This document shows positions 63,718 to 64,000 of a DNA stretch of 64,000 nt, one piece after another. Location: contig OX597814.1 in assembly GCA_951406725.2 (NCBI GenBank), positions 109,492,001 through 109,556,000 on the forward strand, read 5' to 3'. The notes beneath the pieces are model-generated. The model ran no database searches. It saw nothing but the letters and a program-made list of their open reading frames with translations, and was not told where the DNA came from. This stretch comes from Octopus vulgaris (taxonomy: Eukaryota). Position 1 is the stretch's first letter. Each line of letters begins with the position of its first letter. Made by a program: the position numbers and the translations under genes.

Positions 63718-64000
63718 TACATGTTGCATTTTGTACAAAAACATAAAACTGTTTATTTTTTTAATGAATTTGTGTTGTAAGATTCCTGATGCGAAACCGT
63801 GTGTTAAAACAGATATTGTTGTATTTCGGGATGGTAACTTTCTTCTTCCTTTTTTTGCCAAATAAACACACGTACTACATATTTGTTCTTCGCTCGTTTA
63901 TTATACTTCTTATTCTAATTCGTGTCCAATGTCCAGAAATCTTTCGTCACACATCTGTGCACTGTAATAAACGAGTGAAGAACGAATGAAAAGTGCGTGT

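Overview
AT-rich, repeat-dense eukaryotic (animal) genomic DNA. The SINE/LINE families and the (TA)n/(CAT)n load point to a coleoid cephalopod, probably Octopus (inference). Two convergent spliced genes are present. On + is a Rab GDP-dissociation inhibitor (GDI) gene with 10 coding exons traced from 9608 to the stop at 37216; the first exon (~15 codons) was not found and probably lies upstream. On - is a two-coding-exon, 304-aa CECR6/TMEM121-family membrane protein gene (57404-57239, 54835-54087). Most of the rest is mobile DNA: a 2.7-kb decayed RTE-clade LINE with a PHD finger, dozens of its (GAT)n-tailed 3' ends, several tRNA-derived SINE families, maT and mariner remnants, piggyBac- and hAT-like MITEs, a Dong/R4 fragment, a 5S rRNA-derived copy and a 2.15-kb (TA)n tract. 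The most interesting signals are: (1) minimal type-I hammerhead-ribozyme-like motifs of the Penelope/retrozyme kind, including an inverted pair in a GDI intron and a possible one in a tRNA-headed SINE; (2) a 73-codon in-frame extension past the GDI UGA that ends in a transmembrane-like tail, plus a cryptic intron spanning that stop; (3) a clear twin-priming inversion in a non-L1 LINE; (4) a duplicated splice donor in GDI exon 7. All were read by eye and none has been confirmed computationally.
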